Below are positions 50,541-63,377 of a stretch of DNA of 64,000 nucleotides, piece by piece. The notes under the pieces were generated by a model that was not told where the DNA came from, ran no database searches, and was given only the letters and a program-made list of their open reading frames with translations. The stretch spans positions 4,649,360 to 4,713,359 of the forward strand of contig NC_043019.1 of assembly GCF_006345805.1 (NCBI RefSeq), in the 5' to 3' direction. This DNA comes from Octopus sinensis. Its lineage: Eukaryota. Within the stretch, counting starts at the first letter, position 1. Every line of letters starts with the position of its first letter. A program made the position numbers and the translations under genes.

Positions 50541-50959
50541 GTATATGACAGGCGCTGGAGTGGCTGTGTGGTTAGTAGCTTGTCTACCAACCACATGGTT
50601 CCGGGTTCAGTCCCACTGAGTGGCCTCTTGGGCAAGTGTCTTCTGCTATAGCCCCGGGCCGACCAATGCCTTGTGAGTGGATTTGATAGACGGAAACTGA
50701 AAGAAGCCTGTCATATATATGTATATATATATGTATGTATGTGTGTCTGTGTTTGTCCCCCTAGCATTGCTTGACAACCGATGCTGGTGTGTTTACGTCC
50801 CCGTCACTTAGCGGTTCGGCAAAAGAGACCGATAGAATAAGTACTGGGCTTACAAAGAATAAGTCCCGGGGTCGAGTTGCTCGACTAAAGGCGGTGCTCC
50901 AGCATGGCCGCAGTCAAATGAGTGAAACAAGTAAAAGAGTAAGAGTAAGAGTATATATA

Positions 50960-50997
<38 letters not shown>

Positions 50998-51420
50998 GAC
51001 AGGCGCTGGAGTGGCTGTGTGGTTAGTAGCTTGTCTACCAACCACATGGTTCCGGGTTCAGTCCCACTGAGTGGCCTCTTGGGCAAGTGTCTTCTGCTAT
51101 AGCCCCGGGCCGACCAATGCCTTGTGAGTGATTTGATAGACGGAACTGAAAGAAGCCTGTCATATATATATGTATATATATATGTATGTATGTGTGTCTG
51201 TGTTTGTCCCCCTAGCATTGCTTGACAACCGATGCTGGTGTGTTTACGTCCCCGTCACTTAGCGGTTCGGCAAAAGAGACCGATAGAATAAGTACTGGGC
51301 TTACAAAGAATAAGTCCCGGGGTCGAGTTGCTCGACTAAAGGCGGTGCTCCAGCATGGCCGCAGTCAAATGAGTGAAACAAGTAAAAGAGTAAGAGTAAG
51401 AGTATATATATATATATATA
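50541..51420 (+). repeat. Near-exact ~451-bp tandem duplication of one SINE A copy
   Basis: Both copies share private variants (ggcgctggag, ccactgagtggcctct, gagtgaaacaag) and differ by two 1-bp indels. Confidence 0.9.
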
Positions 51421-51986
51421 ATATATATATACCATCATCATTAGCATTTAATGCCTGTTTTCCATGCCAGCATGGGTTGGATAGCTTGGCAGGAACTGGC
51501 AAGGCCAGGCACTGCACCAGGTTCCATAGTCTGTTTTGGTTTGGCTTCTATGGCTGTCTGCCCTTCCTAATGCCAACCACTTCAAAGAATGTAGTGGGTG
51601 CTTTTTACATGGCCCCCAGCATCCATAACAATACTTTTTACACACTATCTTGGCCTTAGGATCTCAAATCTGTTGTCATGGGTACGTCTTCTCAAGTATA
51701 ACAATGTGCCACATATCTCGGTCCTCTGTCATCTCCCTAGTAAGATTCATGCTAACCATTCTGCCACCTCACTACCTATCACATACTCTTTACTCTTTTA
51801 CTTGTTTCAGTCATTTGACTGCGGCCATGCTGGAGCACTGCCTTTAATCGAGCAACTCGACCTCGGGACTTATTCTTTTGTAAGCCCAGTACTTAATCTA
51901 TCGGTCTCTTTTGCTGAACCGCTAAGTAACGGGGACATAAACACACCAGCATCGGTTGTCAAGCAATGCTAGGGGAACAAACACAG

Positions 51987-52043
<57 letters not shown>

Positions 52044-55000
52044 TACGACGGGCTACTTTCAGTTTCTGTCTACCAAATCCACTCACAAGGCATTGGTCGG
52101 GACGAGGCTATAGTAGAAGACACTTGCCCAATGTGCCACGCAGTGGGACTGAACCCAGAACCATGTGGTTGGTAAACAAGCTACTTACCACACAGCCACT
52201 CCTGCGCCTTTAAGTGGGTAAAGCATATCATGTTATTCACCTGAATATCACTACCTGGCCAGTGGGTGCTTTTTGCAGAGTTTTTGTTGGATTATGCATC
52301 TGGCAGGGGTTTGCCATGATCCCATAAATCTGTCACTCACTACACTTACCTGGATGCCAAATAAACTAAATCTACCAGACAATTCTTCCTTATCTTTCCT
52401 CTGGACTCCTATGCAATGTAGACCCCAGACCCCAAACATCACGTCTTGCTAAAACTTGTCTTCTTCGAGACCCAAATTTCAACCCCTTTCTATACTCTAT
52501 GCTACACTCTTTTACAATTTAGCATTTAAAGCGGCCATATCAAGCCTAAGTATTTTACCTGTTTTATATTCAAACTGCTGAGATGTGGCCTCTCACACCT
52601 GTTCTACAATGTCATTCTAAAAATAAGCAATCACATCATTGAAACCTTGAAGCTACAAGATTAATTGAAAATAAACACTGGGGTATTGTAATTGACTTAT
52701 CTCCTCCCCCAAAAGGCGTAGGAGTGGCTGTATGGTAAGTAGCTTGCTTACGAACCATATGGTTCCGGGTTCAGTCCCACTGCGTGGCACCTTGGGCAAG
52801 TGTCTTCTACTATAACCTGTGGCCGACCAAAGCCTTGTGAGTGGATTTGGTAGATGGAAACTGAAAGAAGCCCGTTGTATATATGTATATATATGTATGT
52901 GTGTGTGTATGTGTTTGTGTTTGTCCCCCCCCAACATCGCTTGACAACCGATGCTGGTGTGTTTACGTCCCCGAAACTTAGCAGTTCAGCACAAGAGACT
53001 GATAGAATAAGTACTAGGCTTAGAAAGAGTAAGTCCTGTGGTCGATTTGCTCGACTAAAGGCGGTGCTCCAGCATGGCCACAGTCAAATGACTGAAACAA
53101 GTAAAAGAATAAGTGTCCCAACAACTATTAATCCTCTACAAAATACAAAAAGTTCAGGTGAGATTCACAATTAAGTACGGCTCCCAGGTCTGAATTAGTG
53201 CTGCTGCTATACACAACACCACCCTAGACTTCATCGAGAGAGGGGCCGCTTGATTATCTGGGACAAAGTCATTCTCAAACACATCTATCCCACAGACATA
53301 CTGTCTGAGAGCTCTTTGTCTTTTCTGGTGTTACCACAACAGCTTCTGTTAATTCAAAACTGCTTGGACCTGTGCAACCCTCACTCAGGTATTCTTCATT
53401 CACATGTCATACCCTCTCTCATGTACCATGGAGTGTCTCAACTGCCAAGGCCTTGAACTAATCATTCTGCTTGATCCTTCCACACCAGAATGGTGGCACC
53501 CAAGAGTTCTCTTCCTGCTGTCGTTTACTTGCAATAGTTTAAGTGCTTCACTGGCTTCCGTGCCGGTGGCACGTAAAAAGCACCAATCCAATCGTGGCCG
53601 TTGCCAGCCTACGTAAAAAGCACCCACTACACTCACGGAGTGGTTGGCATTAGGAAGGGCATCCAGCTGTAGAAACACTGCCAGATCAGACTGGAGCCTG
53701 GTGCAGCCTTCTGGCTTCCCAGATCTTGGTTGAACTGTCCAACCCATGCAAGCATGGAGAACGGGCGTTAAACGATGATGATGATGATTAGTAGTATCAA
53801 TCTCAAGGGTCACAGAGGATCTTAAGACTATAGATTCTGCTCCTTCCCCATGACAAATGGTTCTCAACTGTTTTTTACCCATGGACCCCTTCAGTTACTA
53901 TTTAACTCTGGTAGACCCCTATAGCTAATCAATGTTTAAAAACTACTTTTATATAATACTTCTTTCAAAATATCTATTTTGTTTTTTCACATGTTCATTT
54001 GCAAAGTTTTGCAATAGCGTTCACTGAGAGGGCATGTTTGGGAGGCTGGAAACATCATTTAACGTCCGCTTTCCATGCTAGAATGGGTTGGACGATTTTG
54101 ACTTAGAGCTGACGAACCAGATGTCTGCACCAGGCTCCAATCTTGATCTGGCAGAGTTTCTACAGCTGGATGCCTCTCCTAACGCCAACCACTCCAAGAG
54201 TGTAGTGGCTGCTTTTTACGTGCCACCGACACGGGGGCCAGTCAGGCGGTACTGGCAACGACCTCGCTCGAATCTTTTTGTTAAACTATGCAATATGTTT
54301 ACGAAAGCAATATAGCCCTTCCTTGCAATAAATACATTTAAAGCAAAATCTTTTCATGAACCCTTAAAATACTTTTGTCGGTCCCCAATTTATTATTTTG
54401 CTTGTGTGGACCCCACAAAAAGCTTCTATAGACCACCAGGACACTGGTTAAGGACCACTGCCCTAGACGAAGTAAGCAAGTACAAAAAAACTCAACAAAA
54501 GGCGCAGGAGTGGCTGTGTGGTAAGTAGATTGCTAACCAACCACATGGTTGCGGGTTCAGTCCCACTGCGTGGCATCTTGGGCAAGTGTCTTCTACTATA
54601 GCCTTGGGCCGACCAAAGCCTTGTGAGTGGATTTGGTAGACGGAAACTGAAAGAAGCCCATCGTATATATGTATATTTATATATATATGCTTGTTTGTGT
54701 TTGTGTGTGTGTGTTTGTCCCCCTAGCATTGCTTGACAACCGATGTTGGTGTGTTTATGTCCCCGTTACTTAGCGGTTCGGCAAAAGAGACCGATAGAAT
54801 AAGTACTGGGCTTACAAAGAATAAGTCCCGGGGTCGAGTTGCTTGATTAAAGGCGGTGCTCCAGCATGGCCACAGTCAAATGACTGAAACAAGTAAAAGA
54901 GTAAAACTTCATAAGAAAAAGTAGAGATAAACATGAAGGGCCAATGAAGAAATGCCCCACAGATTCAGTATTACTCTAATTATCAAGAGTAAGTGCTCGC

Positions 55001-56289
55001 TTTGTGTTCTCTGGCTTATGACACATTGTTAGGAGTAGGACTCGGTCTTGCTACTCAAGCCATCTTTCAGAAATTTACTGGAGCAGAACACTGCTTCTCC
55101 AGGTGGAACTTGAAAAGGTTGCTAATAATAATCTTTTCTACTCTAGGCACAACACCTGAAATTTTGGGGGAGGGACAAGTCAATCAGGTTTCCCCAGTGT
55201 GTAACTGGTACTTAATTTATCGACCCCGAAAGGATGAAAGGCAAAGTTGATCTTAGTAGAATTTGAACTCAGAAATAAAGACAGATGAAATACCTATTTC
55301 TTTATTACCCACAAGGGGCTAAACATAGAGGGGACAAACAAGGACAGACATAGGTATTAAGTCGATTACATCGACCCTAGTGCGTAACTGGTACTTAATT
55401 TATCGACCCCGAAAGGATGAAAGGCAAAGTCGACCTTGGCGGAATTTGAACTCAGAACATAAGACAGATGAAATACCGCTAAGCATTTTGCCCAGTGTGC
55501 TAACATTCCTGCCAGTTCGCTGCCTTAACCCTTTCATGCTCTGTTTTTCATTCAATTAATTTTAAATATAACAAAGAATTTAGAAAAAAATAACTTAGTT
55601 ATCATTAATCTAGTGTTAGGAACATAAATTGTGGCTAAGGTGGAAGATTTTAATTCAAGATTTTTGAAAATAAGACATTTGTACTACAGAGCCAGAGCCG
55701 GTTTTGGCTGGGTTGGTAACAAAAGGGTTAATGATAATAATAATAATAATGATGGACTCTCCCATTGAAGTCAATGTATGAGTGTTTTGCTTTTTTACAT
55801 TAGCTCACTCCCTCCATCAAATCGATGTTACCTGAACAGGTGCATGGTGTGTCACACATCAGGTGTTGAAGTGATTGCAGAGCAATGTGAGATGAAGTGT
55901 CTTGCTCAAGAACACAACACACCACCCGGTGCAACACCCTAACCACTAGGCCATGCATTCTCAATAATCATCATCATCATCGTTTAACGTCCGCTTTCCA
56001 TGCTAGCATGGGTTGGATGGTTCAACTGGAGTCTGGGAAGCCAGAAGGCTGCACCAGGCCCAGTCTGATCTGGCAGTGTTTCTACAGCTGGATGCCCTTC
56101 CTAACGCCAACCACTCCGTGAGTGTAGTGGGTGCTTTTTACGTGCCACCGGCACGGAGGCCAGTCGGGGCGGCGCTGGCAATGGCCACGTTCAGATGGTT
56201 CTTTTACGTGCCACCAGCACTGGTATTACAACTACAATTTCCATTGATTTTTGAGCGATTTCGATTCCGATAATAATAAAAATAATAAT

Positions 56290-56700
56290 AACCAGTTGAG
56301 CATGTCCCTTAGTGGCTGACGATATGTGCATCTCTGATCACGAGCAGAAGTAGTGGAGGAGCATCATAGCCATGTGTTAAGAGGGATTCTTTGGGGTTTG
56401 AATAGTTCACCTCTGGAAACATGGGTGGCTCTTTCAACATATTCAAACAACCCTTATTCAGGGACCTTTTGAGCGGGATGGGCTACTCAACCTGAAGAAA
56501 ATTCTAACTGGGCCCCACCTGCAAGGTCATGTGCTGTTTATCTTGATATGAGATCACCATGTCACGCACATATGGTTGTGATGCATGTGCCTGGTGTACC
56601 CTTATCAGACGGGTAGTCATGATGGGTATATTGGGCTTCGTATATTTTACCCCAGTGTCACTTTGATGGCATGCACTGCTCTCTCACTCAATAATAATAA
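56290..56700. repeat. Unclassified ~420-bp interspersed repeat with (AAT)n end; second copy at about 58205-58555
   Basis: Two aligned copies (catgtcccttagtg...gtacccttatcagacgggtagtcatg...ctctcactcaataat). Confidence 0.75.
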
Positions 56701-56943
56701 TAATCCTTTCTATTATAGGCACAAGGCCTGAAATTTTGGAAGAGGGGACTAGTCAATTACATCGACCCCAGTGTGTAACTGGTACTTATTTCATCGACCC
56801 CGAAAGGATGAACGGCAAAGTGAACCCTGGTGGAATTTGAACTCAGAATGTAAAGATGGATGAAATGCAGCTAAACATTTTTGGCCCAGCATGCTAATGA
56901 TTCTGCTAGCTGACCATCTTGAATGATAATAATAATAATAATA

Positions 56944-57317
56944 ACTAGCACTATGACCCAGCAACGCCGGGTCATACTGCTAGTGCACACATATACAGCT
57001 GCGTGCGTGCGCACATACACGTGAGTACTGTCCAAATCTCCGACCAGTCACATACAGCTAGCTGGCATTCAATTGGCGTATCAAGTTTCAGGCATTTTGA
57101 TTGGGTTTTGGATAGAAAATCTACAAAAAAAGTCACTTCTATTGATTTTTGTAATGGCTTTGCAGGGTGACTGGGTAAATATAAAGATGTGCACAACCAC
57201 CCTTGGACGGTTTTGAATGACCATAGAAAGTGCGAGCCCTCTAACTGAAAAATTGTGGATTTGTATAAAGGACACACACACAGACAGACATTTTACCGTT
57301 TATATATATATAGAGAT
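56944..57317 (+). mobile_element. Non-autonomous Helitron/Helentron-like element with a palindromic 5' end
   Basis: actagcactatgaccc-agcaacgcc-gggtcatactgctagt at start, cacacagacagac and tttatatatatatagagat at end. Confidence 0.55.
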
Positions 57318-57834
57318 GATTTCAAACTTGGCCACAGGGGCAACAATTTTGGGGGAGAGGATGAGTTGGTTATATCAACCCCGGTGTTCAACTGGTACTT
57401 ATTTTATCAACCCTGAAAGGATGAAAGGCAAAGCTGATCTCAGTGGAATTTGAACTCAGAACATAAGGACAGACGAAATGCTGCTAAGCATTCTATCCAG
57501 CATGCTAACAATTCTGCCAGCTTGCCACATCATCATCATCATCATCGTTTAACGTCCGTTTTCCGCACTAGCACGGGTTGGATGGTTCGACCGGGGATCT
57601 GGGAAGCCAGAAGGCTGCACCAGGCTCCAGTCTGATCTGGCAGTGTTTCTACAGCTGGATGCCCTTCCTAACGCCAACCACTCCGTGAGTGTAGTGGGTG
57701 CTTTTTACATGCCACCAGCCACGATCGGTTGGTGCTTTTAACGTGCCACCAGCATGGAAGCCAGTCAAGGCAGCGGTGGCATCGGCCACGTTCGGATGGT
57801 GCTATTTATGTGCCACCGGCACAGAAGCCAGTCG

Positions 57835-57869
<35 letters not shown>

Positions 57870-58052
57870 TCTTTCTACTAAAGGCATAAGGCCTAAAATT
57901 TCAGGGGAGGGTCTAGTCGATTGTATCGACCCCAGTACACAACAGGTACTTATTGACCCTGAAGGGATGAAAGGAAAAGTCCATCTCAGTGGAAATTGAA
58001 CTCAGAACATAACAATTCTGCCAGTTTGCTACCTTGAACAATAACGATAATG

Positions 58053-58085
<33 letters not shown>

Positions 58086-58559
58086 TAGCTCTCATGGCTT
58101 CTGATCTTAACTGATTGAAAGTGTTACCATGTACATGTTTTGTCTTGCTACAGCAAATACTCCGCTCAATACCAGGTTTGTTTGTCAGTTGCTTGACCTT
58201 AAATAGCTGGGCATGTCCCTTAGTGATTTCGAGCAGAAGTAGTGGGGGAGCATCATAGCCATGTGGGAATTTGAATAATTCACCTCCAGAAACATGGGTG
58301 TTTCATTCATCATCCTTAAACAACCCTCATTCAGGGACCTTTTGAGTGGGATGGGCTACACAACCTGAAGAAAATTCTAACTGGGCCCCCACTTGAAAGG
58401 TCGTGCACTGTTTATCTTAATATAAGATCACCATGTCATGCACATATGGTTGTGATGCATGTGCCTGGTGTACCCTTATGAGACGAGTAGTCATGCTGGG
58501 TATACTGGGCTTCACATATTTGTATCCCAGTATCACTTTGATGGTATGCACTAGTTTTA

Positions 58560-58790
58560 AGGCGACGAGCTGGCAGTAACGTTAGCACGCCGGGCGAAAT
58601 GCTTAGCGGTATCTCGTCTGCCGCTACATTCTGAGTTGAAATTCCGCTGAGGTCGACTTTGCTTTTCATCCTTTCGGGGTCGATTAAATAAGTACCAGTT
58701 ACGCACTGGGGTCGATATAATCGACTTAATCCGTTTGTCTGTCCTTGTTTGTCCTCTCTGTGTTTAGCCCCTTATGGTTAGTAAAGAAAT
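58560..58790 (+). mobile_element. tRNA-derived SINE family C (representative; minus-strand copies near 26.8, 44.4, 55.2, 56.7, 57.3, 57.9 and 58.9 kb)
   Basis: Head ggcgacgagctggcag...gagtt(c)aaattcc, core gtcgactttgcctttcatcctttcggggtcgat. Confidence 0.8.
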
Positions 58791-58825
58791 AGGTATGCAC
58801 TGGTCTCTCACTCAACAACAACAAC

Positions 58826-58862
<37 letters not shown>

Positions 58863-59173
58863 GTGATAATAATAATCCTTTCTACTATAGGCACAAGGCC
58901 TGAAATTTTGGGGGAGGGGAAAGTCGATCTCATTGACCCCAGTACTTGACTAAATTTATCGACCTCGAAAGGACGAAAGGCAAAGTCAATAATAATATTA
59001 ACGATTTCTAATTCAGATACAAAGCTGGTAATTTTGGTGGCAGGAAGTTAGCCGATATCCCACGAACATGACTGGTATTATGACAATTACTTCACCGACC
59101 CTGAAGTGATTAAAGGTAAAGTTAACCTCGGAGGGATTTTAATTCGGAACACAAAATAGCGTGAAAGTACTAT

Positions 59174-59932
59174 CATCTGCCTGTTGGCTCTCCTCCTGCA
59201 ACTCAACTTGATTTTGAGCCGGGTCGTCTGCTGCTGGAGAGGACCGATCAGGTAAAGGACCTGGGCATCTTGGTGGATTCCTCCTTTTCGCCTTCGGCCC
59301 AGTGCGTCCATGCTGCCAACAAAGCAAGTGGAATTCTGTTCTTGATTCGACGGTCATTCGGAATGCTCACAGCAGCCATATTCCTACCACTCTATGTCAC
59401 GCTGGTGAGACCCATATTGGAGTATGGGATTCAAACCTCTTCTCCTTATCTCCTCAAAGACATACAGCATCTCGAAAGAGTCCAGAAGCTGGCTACCCGC
59501 ATGGTTCATGGTCTCAAAAATTTGTCTTATGAAGAAAGGCTGAGGACGCTCGACCTTTATTCTCTAGAAAAACGCCGCCGCCGTGGTGATCTCATTCTCG
59601 CTCACAACATCATAAACGGACAGTGTAACTTCTCGAAAGAGCTGTTCTTCACTCCTGCTCCAGAGCGTCGGCTGCGGGGTCATTCCGAAAAGCTCTACCT
59701 GCGACGATTTCATCTCAATCGAAGGAGAGGAGCTTTCTCCATCCGGGTTGCAGATCCGTGGAACAAGCTGCCAGACGAGATGGTGAAGATGCCAACGACC
59801 GCTTTGTTCAAAGTCTCCCTTGACCTCAAGTGGCCTGAACTCTTTACATGAACACCACCATGTACTTAACTCCATGTCCCCCTACATGGCCTTGCTATTT
59901 GCTTTTGAGCCAAAAATTAACTAACTAACTAA
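59174..59932 (+). mobile_element. Young 5'-truncated CR1-clade LINE: ORF2 C-terminus, short 3'UTR, (AACT)n tail
   Basis: Stop-free frame 59174-59851: KDLGILVD...LYVTLVRPILEY...LERVQKLATRM...SYEERLRTLDLYSLEKRRRRGDLI...RGHSEKL...FSIRVADPWNKLP. Confidence 0.93.
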
Positions 59933-60268
59933 TGCACTTTGGTGCTTTAGCAACTCTGCTATCCACAGCTTCGCTCAATGGGATTTGAACGCAGAATGTA
60001 GAGTCCGAAAATGCTCTGATGAGGCACTATTACGAACTGTGAGGTTGTTTCATCAATTACACTAATTCTCTCTTTACTCTTTTACTTGTTTCAGTCATTT
60101 GACTGTGGCCATGCTGGAGCACCGCCTTTAGTCGAGCAAATCGACCCCAGGACTTATTCTTTGTAAGCCTAGTACTTATTCTATCGGTCTCTTTTGCCAA
60201 CTGCTAAGTGACGGGGACGTAAACACACCAGCATCGGCTGTCAAGCAATGCTAGAGGGACAAACACAG

Positions 60269-60349
<81 letters not shown>

Positions 60350-60678
60350 GTATGACAGGCTTCTTTCAGTTTCCGTCTACCAAATCCACTCACAAGGCAT
60401 TGGTCGGCCCGGGGCTATAGCAGAAGACACTTGCCCAAGATACCACGCAGTGGGACTGAACCCGGAACCATGTGGTTGGTTAGCAAGCTACTTACCACAC
60501 AGCCACTCCTGCGCCTATAATATAATATAATAACTATAATATTATTACTAATAATATTTCACAGAAGTACAATGTCACAAATTGCTAGGGAAAGTATAGT
60601 CAGTTACATCAAAACCCTACGATAAATATTAATTACTACTATGAGGTAGCACAAACTGCTAGAAATAGCAGCTAAATG

Positions 60679-61102
60679 GGATCTTTTCGGTTTGAACGGC
60701 AGTTTTTTCTAGCGGTGTCATATGAAATTGTCACCCATAATTATGACCCTAGAATCGATGTATTGCATTTCAATCTGTTTTAGGGTTAGAGTTAGGGTTA
60801 GGGGTGGGGGGAAGGGTATGTTTTTTTCTTCTGAAATGTAAATAAACCCAATCTGTTTTCTTAAACGACGGACATATTCATACGGCACAGAATGTTTTTT
60901 TACCTCAATAGACGTCATTGATTGGTTGAAATTGCAGAAATTGAAGAAAAAACAACAAATATCTTACAAACTATAGAATTTTCTCAATAAAGTCAAGAGA
61001 AAAAGATGTTTTATAAACACATTCTACCAGTATACGAAGTTTAAAAGTGTTTAGTTACGTGGAAATTATTTTAAAAAACTGTCTGTCAAACCGAAAAGAT
61101 CC
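60679..61102. mobile_element. Non-autonomous DNA transposon with ~30-bp TIRs and internal TTAGGG repeats
   Basis: GGATCTTTTCGGTTTGAACGGCAGTTTTTT ... AAAAAACTGTCTGTCAAACCGAAAAGATCC. Confidence 0.82.
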
Positions 61103-62599
61103 AGAATATTATTACTAATATTTTACAGAAGTACAATGTCACAAATTGCTAGGGAAAGTATAGTCAGTTACATCAAAGCCCTACGATAAATATTAATCAC
61201 TACTTCGAGGTAGCACAAACTGCTAGAAATAGCAGCCGAATGTACTTTACATCACGACATGCGTATTCCCGGATATTATACCTTATTCAAAGACAGGCTT
61301 AGAGGTCAACATGATCTGGATTGACCAGTGTGGAGGCGACTCTAAACAAGAATTACTACTACTATTAGTTTTTCTTCATTAAACAAAGAATCGACAAAAA
61401 GATCTCATTAGAGGGGGAAAAAATAAAACGAGAAATGAAACAAGGGATGTTAAGAACTAAATCTAAACTACTTATAATTATTGGAGGCGTAAAAAGGGGA
61501 GACGGGAAGAGAGAGAGGAAATGGTGTATGAAAGAATGAATTTAAACGAAATCATTCAACAAGTTTAGGCAGGTTTCATCAAGTCTCGTAATCTAATTCT
61601 TTCATTTAATGTCTTTCAAGTATGGTCATACGGTACCAGGGTATTGTCTTCGGGATTTTAGTCAGATCCTACAGCCTAGGTATTTACTTTAGCTTAGTAC
61701 CTACTGTAGTATTTTGTATATTATCTATCTATCTATATCTATTTGTCTGTCTATCTATCTATCTATGTATCTATCTACCTATCTATGTATGTATGTATGT
61801 ATGTATCTACCTATCTACCTATGTATATATGTATCTATCTACCTATCTATGTATGTATGTATGTATCTATCTACCTATCTACCTATGTATGTATGTATCT
61901 ATCTACCTATCTACCTATGTACGTATGTACGTATGTATGTATGTATGTATGTATGTATGTATGTATGTATCTATCTACGTATGTACGTATGTATGTATGT
62001 ATCTATCTGTCTGTCTGTCTATGTATGTATCTATCTATGTCTGTCTGTCTGTCTATCTATCCATCTATATCTATCTATCAATCTATCCATCTATCTATCT
62101 ATCAATCTATCTATCAATCTATCTATCTATCAATCTATCAATCTACCTACCTATATCTATCTATCTATCTATCTATCTATCTCTATCTATCTATCTATCT
62201 ACATTATATTATATTAATGTTTGTTTTAAACTATAATAAAAACAGACTTACATTAAATCGAAGGATTACTCAGTAATACTTGGTAGACTACAAATTCATT
62301 TTTCTTTAACAAAAATCGTTTTTGGACAGTAGTAACTTCGAAGTATCGGCCAGCTACGCCCTCAATGGAGTGAAGATGACTCCGATGGCCAAAATTTCGA
62401 AATCCCAGTTAATACTATTCTTGTTTAAGAACACACACACACACACACACAATAAGGCATTTCCTCCATGCATACCTAAGATGTATACGAAATGAATAAA
62501 ATATCCTGTTAAAACAAATCTTTCATTGTTATGAAAGACAACTGGAAACAAGGTGCATAAATGAAATGTAGACCCTACTTCGGTTATGTGGCTTTAAGT

Positions 62600-62670
62600 T
62601 TTTTAATTGCGTGTTCTGGCCTATGTACCAGGAGTCGCCTTTGTTATATATACATACACAATTATATATA

Positions 62671-62714
<44 letters not shown>

Positions 62715-62761
62715 ATAACAAAGGCGACTCCTGGTACATAGGCCAGAACACGCAATTAAAA

Positions 62762-62762
<1 letters not shown>
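62600..62762. repeat. Perfect ~49-bp inverted repeat around a (TA)/(TG) tract
   Basis: tttttaattgcgtgttctggcctatgtaccaggagtcgcctttgttata and its exact reverse complement. Confidence 0.92.
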
Positions 62763-62798
<36 letters not shown>

Positions 62799-62892
62799 TA
62801 ATGCAAACAAGAAAGCACAAAAAAAACACAACGTGAGGACATGGAACAAATAAAGTATTATTGGACGCTCAGGAAAGGAGGAAAGAAGGAGG

Positions 62893-62927
62893 GTTTAACG
62901 TTTCGAGCGGAGCTCTTCGTCGGAAAC
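62893..62927 (-). ncRNA. Minimal hammerhead-like motif in a Penelope-like remnant (U4C core variant)
   Basis: guuu CCGACGA A GAGC-ucc-GCUC GAA ACGU U aaac. Confidence 0.6.
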
Positions 62928-63326
62928 ATAGGAGAAGGGAAGACAGAGGGAAAAAAAGTCGCCAACGGTACACACGAGGTCACATTTTGAAAAAATATAT
63001 ATGCATAATTCTTTCTTTGTTTACATTTACAACACAATATATATATATATATATATCCAGTAATTTTTTCACTAGTTTCATCGTGTCTCTTTGTTTTCTC
63101 TCCGTGTTGATGTATGAAACAATTTAGGTGGTTTTAGAGTCAGATCATGGCTGCTATTTTCAGCATGGTGGTATCTCGTAGATACCCTAATTTATAATTT
63201 TAATAATTATTACCTTTGAAGGTTATTTTTTTTTCCATGCTGACCACTTGATAAAATCGTTATTTTATTTTTAAATTAACGATCTTATCCTTAAATTTAT
63301 ATATATATATATAGATATATATATAT

Positions 63327-63377
<51 letters not shown>

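Noticed and set aside
50541-51420. SINE tandem duplication as a biological novelty
   Set aside because: Copies differ only by 1-bp indels in short runs, typical of long-read or haplotype collapse errors; needs read support first.
3290-60515. tRNA genes suggested by A/B boxes
   Set aside because: These are SINE heads running into SINE bodies and lack a complete cloverleaf.
61621-61679. 59-nt plus-strand exon-like segment (tctttcaag|...cctag|gtattt; YGHTVPGYCLRDFSQILQP)
   Set aside because: No recognisable homology and no partner exons found.
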